In this document: one piece after another, positions 35,016 through 43,275 of the stretch
How the letters are laid out: the number at the start of each line of letters is the position of its first letter
Numbering within the stretch: the first letter of the stretch is position 1
NCBI GenBank assembly: GCA_018239895.1
Contig: JAFEGL010000003.1
Span: 354,212-418,211, forward strand
DNA length: 64,000 bases
Origin: Verrucomicrobiota bacterium
Lineage (GTDB): Bacteria; Chlamydiota; Chlamydiia; Chlamydiales; SM23-39
Direction: 5' to 3'
The notes under the pieces: model-generated
The model's database searches: none
Seen by the model: the letters and a program-made list of their open reading frames with translations, nothing else
Told to the model about the DNA's origin: nothing
Translations under genes and position numbers: made by a program

Positions 35016-35770
35016 TTTTGCGATAGTGCATTTAGAATTTCGAGTTTCCATCCTGCAATGTAATGGATGATGAGGGCATCTGGATTGGGGCCAGATCTTT
35101 TGAACCAGTTGAAACGGCTATCGAGTTCTGCAATTTGGGTGTCGTGCAGATAGATAATTCTCGATAAAACATTTTGATCTCCAACAAAACTATCATTCTG
35201 TTGGATAGCGGCTTCGGCCCATTTTGAGAGGAATTTGCTATTACGCCGGAAAACAATCACACCTGAATTATAGGTAATTTCACCCGGAAGATTGAAGCTT
35301 TGATTCTGATCCTTTTCTTGGACGTCGCTAGGTTCCTTTGCAAGAGCGGCTTCAGCATGAGAAGGCAAAGAATCGAAAAGTGTTTGTAAATTTCCCATGA
35401 CTTGGCAATCGAGATCTAACCAACAATTTAAATCGAAGGGTGCATTCAGCAGAGCCAATGGCTTCTTGAACCAAGCCGATCGGAAATGCCAAATCCCTTC
35501 ACCGAAGCGGTTCTCCCATTTTTTTTTCTTCCCGCTAGAAATTGTTTTCATAAAAGAACCTTGAGAGGGCAGAGGATAAATCGTCCCCCTTTCTTTACAC
35601 CAGTTTAAGGCCTTTTCAGACATGCCAAAATCGCAAAAGGCTACGGGAAAGTTGTTGTGAAGAGAGTAGAATTTCCACCACCAGGGGAGAAGCCATTCGC
35701 TCTTCAGATCGGAGGCTACGACGATTCCATTCATAGACCCGAACTTAAGAAATAGAAAAATATTTCTCAA
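35012..35770 (-). CDS. Hypothetical protein, possibly a nucleotide-diphospho-sugar (GT8-like) transferase
   Basis: The track ORF starts at TTG, overlapping the upstream stop. A more likely ATG (MNGIVVAS..) lies at 35734. Has a WLDLDCQV (DxD-like) block and YNSGVIVF. Weak assignment. Confidence 0.45.
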   Translation of the reverse strand: MRNIFLFLKFGSMNGIVVASDLKSEWLLPWWWKFYSLHNNFPVAFCDFGMSEKALNWCKERGTIYPLPSQGSFMKTISSGKKKKWENRFGEGIWHFRSAWFKKPLALLNAPFDLNCWLDLDCQVMGNLQTLFDSLPSHAEAALAKEPSDVQEKDQNQSFNLPGEITYNSGVIVFRRNSKFLSKWAEAAIQQNDSFVGDQNVLSRIIYLHDTQIAELDSRFNWFKRSGPNPDALIIHYIAGWKLEILNALSQN

Positions 35771-36879
35771 TATACATCTAGGAGATAGCGCTTTTCCGAG
35801 CGGAGGCGCTTGAGATAAAGACGAGAATCTTCTTCAGAGAGGCCGCCTTGCTCGCGGACAATCTGTTGGAGGGCAGCATCGACATCTTTTGCCATTTTTT
35901 CGGCATCTCCGCACACATAGAGGTGGGCGCCTGTTTGGATCCAATCCCATACAGAAGCGGCATTTTCTAGCAGTTTGTGCTGAACATAGACCTTTTCTGC
36001 TTGGTCGCGAGAAAAGGCTGTATCGAGGCGCAAGAGACTCTGCTTTTCGAGCTCTTTGAAAAAAGATTCGTAGTAGAAATCTGCATTTCTATGCCGCTCT
36101 CCAAAGAAAAGCCAGTTTCTCCCTTTAGCATTATGGGCCAATCTCTCTTGTAAGAATGCGCGGAATGGAGCGACGCCAGTTCCTGGCCCGATGAGGAGGA
36201 TTGAGGTGTCTGGGTGAGGCAGAGTAAAGCCATTGGATGGTTGGACATAAATTGGGATAGAGGTCGATTCAATTTCTGCTTGATCGCAGAGAAAATGGCT
36301 CGCTACGCCATGTCTTTTCTCACCTTGAAGTGTGTAGGTAAGAAAAGCAACAGTAAGGTGGATTTCATCTGGATGAATTTTAGGAGATGAGGCAATTGAA
36401 TAGAAGCGCGGCATTAGTGGCATGAGGTGAGATGCTAATTCTTGCGCAGAAAGCATGATCTTAAAGTGTCTTTTGAGGATATCAAGGACGCTGTGGGATT
36501 GTAAAAACAAGTTAAGTTCAGCTTTGTTTTCGAGGAGATTTTCTAGCGAGGCTCCGTATGTCTGAAGAAGCTTGATGAAGTTGGAGTTGGTTTTAGCGAG
36601 ATTTGCTTTTTCTAGTAAGTATTGTTTGAGAGTGGACTCGGTGGAGGACCGAGAGTCAAAGATAGTCTCATCTCCGGTCAAATTTAGGCGGTGGAGCAGC
36701 TCTTTGACGATGTGTGGATCGTTTTGAGGTAAAACGGCGATGCTATCGCCAACATTGAAATTGAGGGGACCGCTTGAAACATCAAGGACGATGTGATAGG
36801 TTCTTTTTGTTGAAGCGGGTCCCGTTAGCAGGTAACGTTCTTTGATCCTAGCAATGAATGGGTTCGTGCGGGTATACAT
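35767..36879 (-). CDS. CysJ-like FAD/NADPH oxidoreductase (ferredoxin-reductase-type module only, no flavodoxin domain)
   Basis: 370 aa. RFYSIASSP (FAD), GPGTGVAPFR (NADPH), C-terminal YLLDVY. Confidence 0.8.
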   Translation of the reverse strand: MYTRTNPFIARIKERYLLTGPASTKRTYHIVLDVSSGPLNFNVGDSIAVLPQNDPHIVKELLHRLNLTGDETIFDSRSSTESTLKQYLLEKANLAKTNSNFIKLLQTYGASLENLLENKAELNLFLQSHSVLDILKRHFKIMLSAQELASHLMPLMPRFYSIASSPKIHPDEIHLTVAFLTYTLQGEKRHGVASHFLCDQAEIESTSIPIYVQPSNGFTLPHPDTSILLIGPGTGVAPFRAFLQERLAHNAKGRNWLFFGERHRNADFYYESFFKELEKQSLLRLDTAFSRDQAEKVYVQHKLLENAASVWDWIQTGAHLYVCGDAEKMAKDVDAALQQIVREQGGLSEEDSRLYLKRLRSEKRYLLDVY

Positions 36880-36900
36880 TACAAACCAGTGATAGAGAAC

Positions 36901-37041
36901 ATGAGAATTTTAGCCCTTCTTTCTTTTTGTCTTTGCCTGACCAGCTGTTCCGATGGAGAAGCAAACCAAAGAGGATTTGTTATTTCCAAAACAAACGAAC
37001 TGCTCCAAGAGGAAGATCATGCTGAGCCGGCTGAGCCTTGA
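36901..37041 (+). CDS. Candidate 46-aa lipoprotein (MRILALLSFCLCLTSC|SDGE..)
   Basis: ORF below the track cutoff. Textbook signal peptide with lipobox LTSC. Weak SD. The 3' end overlaps the convergent gltX by 25 nt. Speculative. Confidence 0.3.
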   Translation: MRILALLSFCLCLTSCSDGEANQRGFVISKTNELLQEEDHAEPAEP

Positions 37042-38543
37042 TCTGCAGCCAGAGCTTTCAAATCCCGCTTCTCCCAACCTTTTTTCAGTTTATCCATCTT
37101 CTTATTGGAAATTCCTCCTAAAGTTTCGATGGCGAGGAGGAATCGGACGCGAGTCCTGTCTTTGCCAAGCAAAGTGACTGAGTCGAAAAGGGGGGGGCCT
37201 TGGTGTTTGCCCATGATAGTTGCAAAAAGGATTGGCATCACTACTTTCTTGTGATGTACGCCAAATGCTTCTGCTGCTACATGAGAGGCTTTCTCAATCC
37301 CTTCGCCAGTCCAATCTTCTTGTTCATCGAGACTCCAAATCATCGCTTGAATAATGCAGCTGACGAGTTCCGGTAGGGTATTTTTTGGGCAGAGAAGATC
37401 GGGGGTCATTTTCAGATCGCTGATGAAGAGGAAGTCAAACAGCTGCATGAAATCGCTAAAGGTTTTGATTCTCGTATGGGCCAGGGGCATTAGCTTGCGC
37501 ATAAACCCTTCGTTGAATTGCCATTCGACGAGTCGGTTCCAGAGTTGATCTTCCGGTATAGTTTCGATGATTTTCTTTTGGTTGACCCAATTGAGTTTTT
37601 GGATGTCGAAAAAGGCTCCCGAAATGCCGATTCTTTTCGCATCAAACGTCTCTACAATTTCGTCGATCGAGTAGATCTCCTTCTCATCGGGCATGCTATA
37701 TCCCATCAGGGTCAAGAAATTGATGAGAGCCTCCGGTAGATAGCCGCTGTCGCGAAAATAAAAGATCGATGTTGGGTTCTTCCGTTTAGAGAGCTTTTTC
37801 CCATCTTTACCCAAAAGCAGCGGCATGTGCATGAAAGTGGGGGCTTTCCATCCAAACGATTCATAGAGGAGAATGTGTTTTGGAGTAGAGCTCATCCATT
37901 CATCACCGCGGATCACATGGGTGATTTTCATCAGATAGTCGTCGACGACATTTGCCAAGTGATAAGTTGGGAAGCCGTCAGATTTCAAAAGGACTTGATC
38001 GTCGATATCGGCCCAAGGAGATGAGATTCGTCCTTTGATTGCATCGTCGTAGATGCAGTCGCCGGTCAAGGGCACTTTGAGACGTATGACGTAAGACTGG
38101 CCTTGCTCTTCGCGTTCGCGCACTTCATCTGGGCTTAAGTTCCTGTAACGGCGGTCGTATCCGGCCCGCTTTCCTTGAGCAGCAGCGACTTCTCTCATTT
38201 CGGTTAGCTCTTCAGGAGTCGCGAAACATTTGTACGCTTTCCCTTTTTCTACCAGTTCGTAGGCGTGTTTTTGATAGATTTCGGTTCTCTCGGATTGCCT
38301 GTAAGGGCCGTAGGGGCCGCCGATATCTGGACCTTCGTCCCAAAGAATGTTGCACCAGCGGAGGGCGTCTATGATATTTTTCTCATATTCGGGGCGGCTT
38401 CGGGTCTGGTCTGTATCCTCGATTCGAAGGATAAACTTTCCTTTAAAATGGCGCGCAAAAATAAGGTTAAAAAGGGCGATGTAAGCTGTCCCTACATGTG
38501 GATCCCCTGTGGGGGAGGGGGCGATTCGGACTCGAACGGTCAT
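37017..38543 (-). CDS. gltX: Glutamyl-tRNA synthetase
   Basis: 508 aa. HIGH (PTGDPHVGTAY) and KMSKS (KLSKRK) motifs. Confidence 0.95.
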   Translation of the reverse strand: MTVRVRIAPSPTGDPHVGTAYIALFNLIFARHFKGKFILRIEDTDQTRSRPEYEKNIIDALRWCNILWDEGPDIGGPYGPYRQSERTEIYQKHAYELVEKGKAYKCFATPEELTEMREVAAAQGKRAGYDRRYRNLSPDEVREREEQGQSYVIRLKVPLTGDCIYDDAIKGRISSPWADIDDQVLLKSDGFPTYHLANVVDDYLMKITHVIRGDEWMSSTPKHILLYESFGWKAPTFMHMPLLLGKDGKKLSKRKNPTSIFYFRDSGYLPEALINFLTLMGYSMPDEKEIYSIDEIVETFDAKRIGISGAFFDIQKLNWVNQKKIIETIPEDQLWNRLVEWQFNEGFMRKLMPLAHTRIKTFSDFMQLFDFLFISDLKMTPDLLCPKNTLPELVSCIIQAMIWSLDEQEDWTGEGIEKASHVAAEAFGVHHKKVVMPILFATIMGKHQGPPLFDSVTLLGKDRTRVRFLLAIETLGGISNKKMDKLKKGWEKRDLKALAADQGSAGSA

Positions 38544-38549
38544 GAAATT

Positions 38550-38585
38550 CTCCTGAATGAGACATCCATTTTCTCTATTCAGGAG
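38550..38585 (-). promoter_or_regulatory. 9-bp hairpin that pairs the gltX Shine-Dalgarno sequence
   Basis: The mRNA sense reads CUCCUGAAU-(18 nt)-AUUCAGGAG-AAUUUC-AUG. The AGGAG SD is the 3' end of the second arm. Confidence 0.4.
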
Positions 38586-38602
38586 GTTTAAGGCAAGATA
38601 TC

Positions 38603-40537
38603 CTATTTTTCTGAGTTCATGAGGAAAACCAAGTCCTTCATAACATTGATCGATTCAACAAGCTGGAGATCGCTTTGTCCGAAAAGTTCGATTGGGTCTG
38701 CATCATAATTTTTATTGGATAATTCTTTGAGGAAATTTTGATAGTTTTTATTGGTTTCGATGCGGAGTTTTGAGTTTTGGGACAAAGTTTCTAAGTAAGG
38801 TGAGTAGATTTCGAGGCGAGGTTGAAGGTTATATTTGTACATCGAGCCGAGCTGAATCCTGAGAAAGGGGGAAATATCCGACAGATCGTCGTCGAAATGA
38901 GGTTCGATCTCATCGTTTTCAAGGGGGTATTTAGAAAACTTTTCACCAATATCTAGTTGAGAGAGTATTCCAGGTACAACGATATCGGATTGGACGCCGA
39001 TGAGCTGGGGACTCTTTCCAGAGACAGTGTAGTATTTGCCTTGTGTGACTTTATATTCGCCCTGGGGATTTACTTTTGAGCCGTTTACTGGGTCTAGAGT
39101 GGATATTTGAAAAGTCCCTTTGCCGAAGGTATTTGAGTCTCCCACGACAATCGCTCGCCCGTAGTCTTGCAAAGTTTGGGATACGATTTCAGCAGCCGAG
39201 GCGCTCGCTTTATTCACTAAAACAAGGAGGGGGCCGTCCCAGATGGGTTTCCCTTCAATTTCTCTTAAATGCTGGACTTTTCCGTTGCAGTCTTTGATCG
39301 ATACGACAATTCCTTTATTGATGAATAGGCCAGTTACATTAACTGCTTGTGCGAGCAGTCCGCCGGGGTTGCTCCTCAAATCGAGAATGACACCTTTTAG
39401 TTTGTGATCTTTTTTTACCTGCTCAAGGGCTTTTCGGATATCGCTTGTAGATGAACTCTTTTGGTCTTGGTAGAAAGATAAGAGCCGCAAGTGGGCAATG
39501 ATCCCATCTCCGTAGGGTTCGTAGGAACTTTCAAGTCGAGTTTCTTCTAAAACGATCTCGTTCCGAATCAGGTCTATATCGAGCTTTTCAGTCTGACGCT
39601 CTTCTCCTTCTCCCGTTTCCCTTAGAATAGTGAGAGTGACTTGAGTCCCTTTCTCACCTCGGATCAGTTCTACAGCTTCGTTGATATCGAATCCAACGAT
39701 CGATTCATTGTTTACAGCAATGATCCGGTCGTTAATTTTTAATTTATTATTTTGGCTTGCTGGGCTGTTTTCAAAGATGCGAACAACAGAGAGGCCATCG
39801 AGATTGTCTCTCAACTGGGCGCCAATCCCAAAGAGACGCGCTTGGACTTGAATCAAAAATTGGTTGGCTTCGGTTGGAGTGAAGTAGGTGGTATGGGAGT
39901 CGAGGGCAGCTGTAGCTGCCTTTAAAAGGAGGGTTAAAGTATGTTTTTGCCGCTCTTCGAGGGTTTGTCCTATGATTTCTGATTCGCGAAAAATTCTTCG
40001 TTTGTCGATTCGGGCGATAAACTTCTCTCTATTTTCCTCTCCAAGGCGATCGCAAGCTTCTGCCTGTAAGGCTTTGATCCTTAAAAGCCTATCAGTCAGT
40101 TCTTCTTTGTTTGCGGCCCATTTAAGGTCTTTGAACTCATCTCCCTTAACTCCGGTGGGAAGCTCTTTATTCGCTATTTCCGCCTCAATAGCGTTCCTTC
40201 TCTGGATCGCCTCAGCCATTACCTGGTTGATCTCTGAAAATAGGGAGAAATCGGTCGATTTAAAGGAACTGAGGGCTCTGTTGAGGGTTTGGTCAGAGGG
40301 GGAAGCCCAGGATTCGATTTCTGGCTCCAGGAAGTAGGTTTTCATGGGGTCTAGCTCCTCCAGGAAGTTCTGGAGAGTCCTACCCATGAGTTGGGGGGTT
40401 AGCTGTTTATAGGAGGCGTGGGCCTTTAGAATCTCCTCTACCTTGATTTTTACATCTCGAGGAGTAATCTCCGGCAGTTTTGGCTCAACTGTCGCCGTGG
40501 TTAGCAAAAAAATGAAAAAAAGAAAGAAACGGACCAT
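38603..40537 (-). CDS. tsp: Tail-specific (C-terminal processing) protease, S41 family
   Basis: 644 aa. Signal peptide, PDZ region, S41 block NKASASAAEIV. Syntenic with chlamydial tsp. Confidence 0.9.
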   Translation of the reverse strand: MVRFFLFFIFLLTTATVEPKLPEITPRDVKIKVEEILKAHASYKQLTPQLMGRTLQNFLEELDPMKTYFLEPEIESWASPSDQTLNRALSSFKSTDFSLFSEINQVMAEAIQRRNAIEAEIANKELPTGVKGDEFKDLKWAANKEELTDRLLRIKALQAEACDRLGEENREKFIARIDKRRIFRESEIIGQTLEERQKHTLTLLLKAATAALDSHTTYFTPTEANQFLIQVQARLFGIGAQLRDNLDGLSVVRIFENSPASQNNKLKINDRIIAVNNESIVGFDINEAVELIRGEKGTQVTLTILRETGEGEERQTEKLDIDLIRNEIVLEETRLESSYEPYGDGIIAHLRLLSFYQDQKSSSTSDIRKALEQVKKDHKLKGVILDLRSNPGGLLAQAVNVTGLFINKGIVVSIKDCNGKVQHLREIEGKPIWDGPLLVLVNKASASAAEIVSQTLQDYGRAIVVGDSNTFGKGTFQISTLDPVNGSKVNPQGEYKVTQGKYYTVSGKSPQLIGVQSDIVVPGILSQLDIGEKFSKYPLENDEIEPHFDDDLSDISPFLRIQLGSMYKYNLQPRLEIYSPYLETLSQNSKLRIETNKNYQNFLKELSNKNYDADPIELFGQSDLQLVESINVMKDLVFLMNSEK

Positions 40538-40909
40538 ATTACCTCGCTAACTCATTGACTGTTAGTCGGTTCCTGATTATTTGAGGGTTTTTTGACAGGG
40601 ATCAATCCCTTCAAAAGACTTGAATATAGCGAAAAAGAAGAGTTTGGCGCCATGAAAAAAGACCGTTCGTAACATAATGCATATCAATAACTTACATTTT
40701 TAGGTCGAGATGTTTTCTCTATATTTATAAAATATGTGGGTTTGAGTAAGAAAATGGTTGATTTTAAGAACTTAATATGAAATAATGTTTACTTAAAAAC
40801 CGGGAAAATAAAAAGGAACTAAAGACTCAGAATCAAAGCAAAAATTTAAATACCGGTTTTATAGAATGACAAAATTAAACAAAAAAAAAGAACTCTAGGA
40901 GGAGGAACC

Positions 40910-41344
40910 ATGGACGACACAGCATGGAGCCAGGGACAAAAAACAAACGATGCAGCGAAGGTAGTTTCGATTACCGAAGCCGCACGTATTAACAACGTAA
41001 CCCGCCAGGCTATATATGTTGCTATTAAACAAAAGAAGTTAAAAGCAACGAAAGATTCAACCCGTTGGACTATTCATTTAGATGACTTAGAAGAGTACAG
41101 ACGAAATAAGTATTCTAGAACGAAGTCAATGTTCAATGGCGAACTGCTTTTTGATAACAAGAAAGGCTATTACTCTGTCAACCAAGCAGCTAAATTGCTA
41201 AACGTACCTGCCCAAAAAATTTATTACGCGACTCGAGTAGGTTTGTTGAAAGCTTCACGTCGTGGAGCAGCTTGGGTTATCTTGGCAGATGATATTAAGG
41301 CGTATCAAGACAACTACTTGGAAAAGAAGCCGAAAGTAGGCTAA
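40910..41344 (+). CDS. euo: EUO-like DNA-binding protein (chlamydial late-gene repressor family)
   Basis: 144 aa. Strong SD AGGAGGAGG. Two HTH-like repeats (ITEAARINNVTRQAIYVAIKQKKLKATK and VNQAAKLLNVPAQKIYYATRVGLLKASRRGAAWVI). Sits beside recJ-secDF as in Chlamydia. Confidence 0.75.
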   Translation: MDDTAWSQGQKTNDAAKVVSITEAARINNVTRQAIYVAIKQKKLKATKDSTRWTIHLDDLEEYRRNKYSRTKSMFNGELLFDNKKGYYSVNQAAKLLNVPAQKIYYATRVGLLKASRRGAAWVILADDIKAYQDNYLEKKPKVG

Positions 41345-41384
41345 TTTTACCATCAATTGTTCCCTAGGGGTCAATTGTGTCTTT

Positions 41385-41410
41385 CATGGGCAACCCTTTG
41401 GTTGCCCATG
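41385..41410 (+). terminator. Strong hairpin terminator between convergent euo and recJ
   Basis: Perfect 11-bp stem CATGGGCAACC/GGTTGCCCATG, loop CTTT, followed by CTCATTTT. Confidence 0.7.
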
Positions 41411-41416
41411 CTCATT

Positions 41417-43153
41417 TTAAGCAGTTTGAAAATCTTTGATATGTAATTGAATAGAAGCCTTATTCAAAAACATATTGATATGTGGCGTAAAGGCAATTCG
41501 AAGTGGGAGATTTTTGCGCCGGATTTGCTCTTTTCTTGAAGCAAGTCCAAATCCGATTCCCTCAAGCATCCGATCTGCTTGCTCTAGAAAGAACTTCAAA
41601 TGATAATTTCCTACTAATTTTGGCGGCCAAAGCTGCGTAGCGTCACAGTAGAGAAGGGGTGCTGGATTTTCGTTTCCAAAAGGCTCTAGAAGAGTCAAGG
41701 ACTCCATAAAATCAAAGGTGAGTTCGTTAAAGTTGATTTTGGCGTCCAAATAAAGCTTTGGAAGAACGTCTTGTTCATCCAGGGCAAGCGAGGCAGCAGC
41801 AATAAACAATCTTGTAAAGTCTGGAATATGTTCTTCTCTGATTGTCAAACCGGCGGCATAGTCATGACCGCCAAAATTGATCAGAAGATGCTCCATGCTT
41901 TTAAGGACAGGTAGTAGCGGAAACTCGGGAATTGTCCGGATTGAACCTTTCCCTATACCTTGGTCTATGGAAATGATCGCTGTAGGGCGATTGTATTGTT
42001 TGGCAATTCTCGCAGAGAGAATGGCAATAATTCCCGGATGCCATTTATCTGAATGGAGAACGATCGCTTTATCCTGGACGATCTCAGGATGTTGAAAGAT
42101 GAACTCTTCAATATTGTCCGATGCTTGCCTCTCAACTTTTTGTCTTTCGATATTGTGGAGATCTAGTTCGCGAGCTAGGTCTTCAGCTTGAGAGTTTTCT
42201 CGAATCAAGAGGAGTTCTACGCCTTTGATAGGTTCTGCAACGCGGCCTAAACTATTGAGTTTAGGGGCAACTTTAGAAGCAATATCAGAGGGAGTCAATT
42301 CGTTTGGTTGAAGATCGCAGAATTGCAGCAGTTTCGAAAGACCTACCCGTTTGAGCTTTCGCATCTGTTTAAGCCCATACCGGACTAAAATCCGATTTTC
42401 GCCTTTTAGAGCGCCCATGTCTGCAATTGTTCCAAGGGCTACAAGATCTAAGTAATTTTTTAAGTCAATTTTAGAGGGGCTGATCTCTTCGTTTTCAATG
42501 AGAGTATTTGTAATGGCATGAGCCAACTTAAAGGCTACGCCGACCCCAGTGAGTTCTCTGTTTGGATAGGTGCTGTTGATCAATTTGGGATTGAGTGTAG
42601 CGATGCAATTGGGGATTTTAGAAGTTGGTTCGTGGTGGTCGGTCACAATTACATCGATTCCGTGTTGGACTACTTCTTGGATCTCTTTAGCTGCCGTTAT
42701 GCCGCAATCGACGGTGATCATGAGTTGGCAGTGGTGTTGGATTGCAACTTGGAGTGCGTCTCCTATTAAACTCTTTTTGAGCATTGTCCGATTGGGAATG
42801 TTAAAATAGACTTTAGCGCCGATGTTTCTCAAAAATTCTGTTAAAAGCGCTGCGGCGGTCATCCCATCGACGTCATTGTCTCCATAGACTAAAATCGGAT
42901 GGCCATTTTTCAGCGCTATCAAGATCCGATCGACAGCTTTGTCCATATCTGGAAATAGATCAGGGTCGTAGAGATTCGGCAATTTTGCATAGAGGAATTC
43001 ATGGATTTCCTCTAGAGATTTAAATCCTCTGGAAATAAGTATTTGGGCTGTTACAGGATGGATATTGAATTCATGAACAATCGCTTGGAAAAGTGAGGGA
43101 TTTTTTTCCGGATAGACCCAAAGAGGTTCTTGCGATTTTGCTAGCATTTCCAT
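41417..43153 (-). CDS. recJ: Single-stranded-DNA-specific exonuclease RecJ
   Basis: 578 aa. DHH motifs VYGDNDVDGMTA and VTDHHEP. DHHA1 GGHDYAAG. Confidence 0.9.
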   Translation of the reverse strand: MEMLAKSQEPLWVYPEKNPSLFQAIVHEFNIHPVTAQILISRGFKSLEEIHEFLYAKLPNLYDPDLFPDMDKAVDRILIALKNGHPILVYGDNDVDGMTAAALLTEFLRNIGAKVYFNIPNRTMLKKSLIGDALQVAIQHHCQLMITVDCGITAAKEIQEVVQHGIDVIVTDHHEPTSKIPNCIATLNPKLINSTYPNRELTGVGVAFKLAHAITNTLIENEEISPSKIDLKNYLDLVALGTIADMGALKGENRILVRYGLKQMRKLKRVGLSKLLQFCDLQPNELTPSDIASKVAPKLNSLGRVAEPIKGVELLLIRENSQAEDLARELDLHNIERQKVERQASDNIEEFIFQHPEIVQDKAIVLHSDKWHPGIIAILSARIAKQYNRPTAIISIDQGIGKGSIRTIPEFPLLPVLKSMEHLLINFGGHDYAAGLTIREEHIPDFTRLFIAAASLALDEQDVLPKLYLDAKINFNELTFDFMESLTLLEPFGNENPAPLLYCDATQLWPPKLVGNYHLKFFLEQADRMLEGIGFGLASRKEQIRRKNLPLRIAFTPHINMFLNKASIQLHIKDFQTA

Positions 43154-43254
43154 AGTCAGGTCTTCTTAGGACTTTTTGTGAGTATATAGTTCCTAAGAAT
43201 TAAATGGAAAAATCAAAAAAAGAACGTTCGTTTGAGTTTTTTGATTCCAAAGTA

Positions 43255-43268
43255 GGGGCATAAGCCCC
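43255..43268 (-). terminator. Short GC hairpin after secDF
   Basis: GGGGC-ATAA-GCCCC lies 8 nt downstream of the secDF stop. Followed on the minus strand by TACTTTGG (weak U-tract). Confidence 0.3.
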
Positions 43269-43275
43269 CACTAAA

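Noticed and set aside
40655-40670. AAAAAAGAcCGTTCGT, also found at 43216..43231 as AAAAAAGAaCGTTCGT, in two intergenic regions flanking euo-recJ
   Set aside because: There are only two copies, half of the match is poly-A, and the sites have different contexts. This is within chance for AT-rich spacers.
43211-43246. AATCAAAAAA...TTTTTTGATT 10-bp inverted repeat enclosing the palindrome GAACGTTC, upstream of recJ
   Set aside because: The stem is purely A/T and of low stability. It could be a binding site, but there is no second copy and no supporting evidence.
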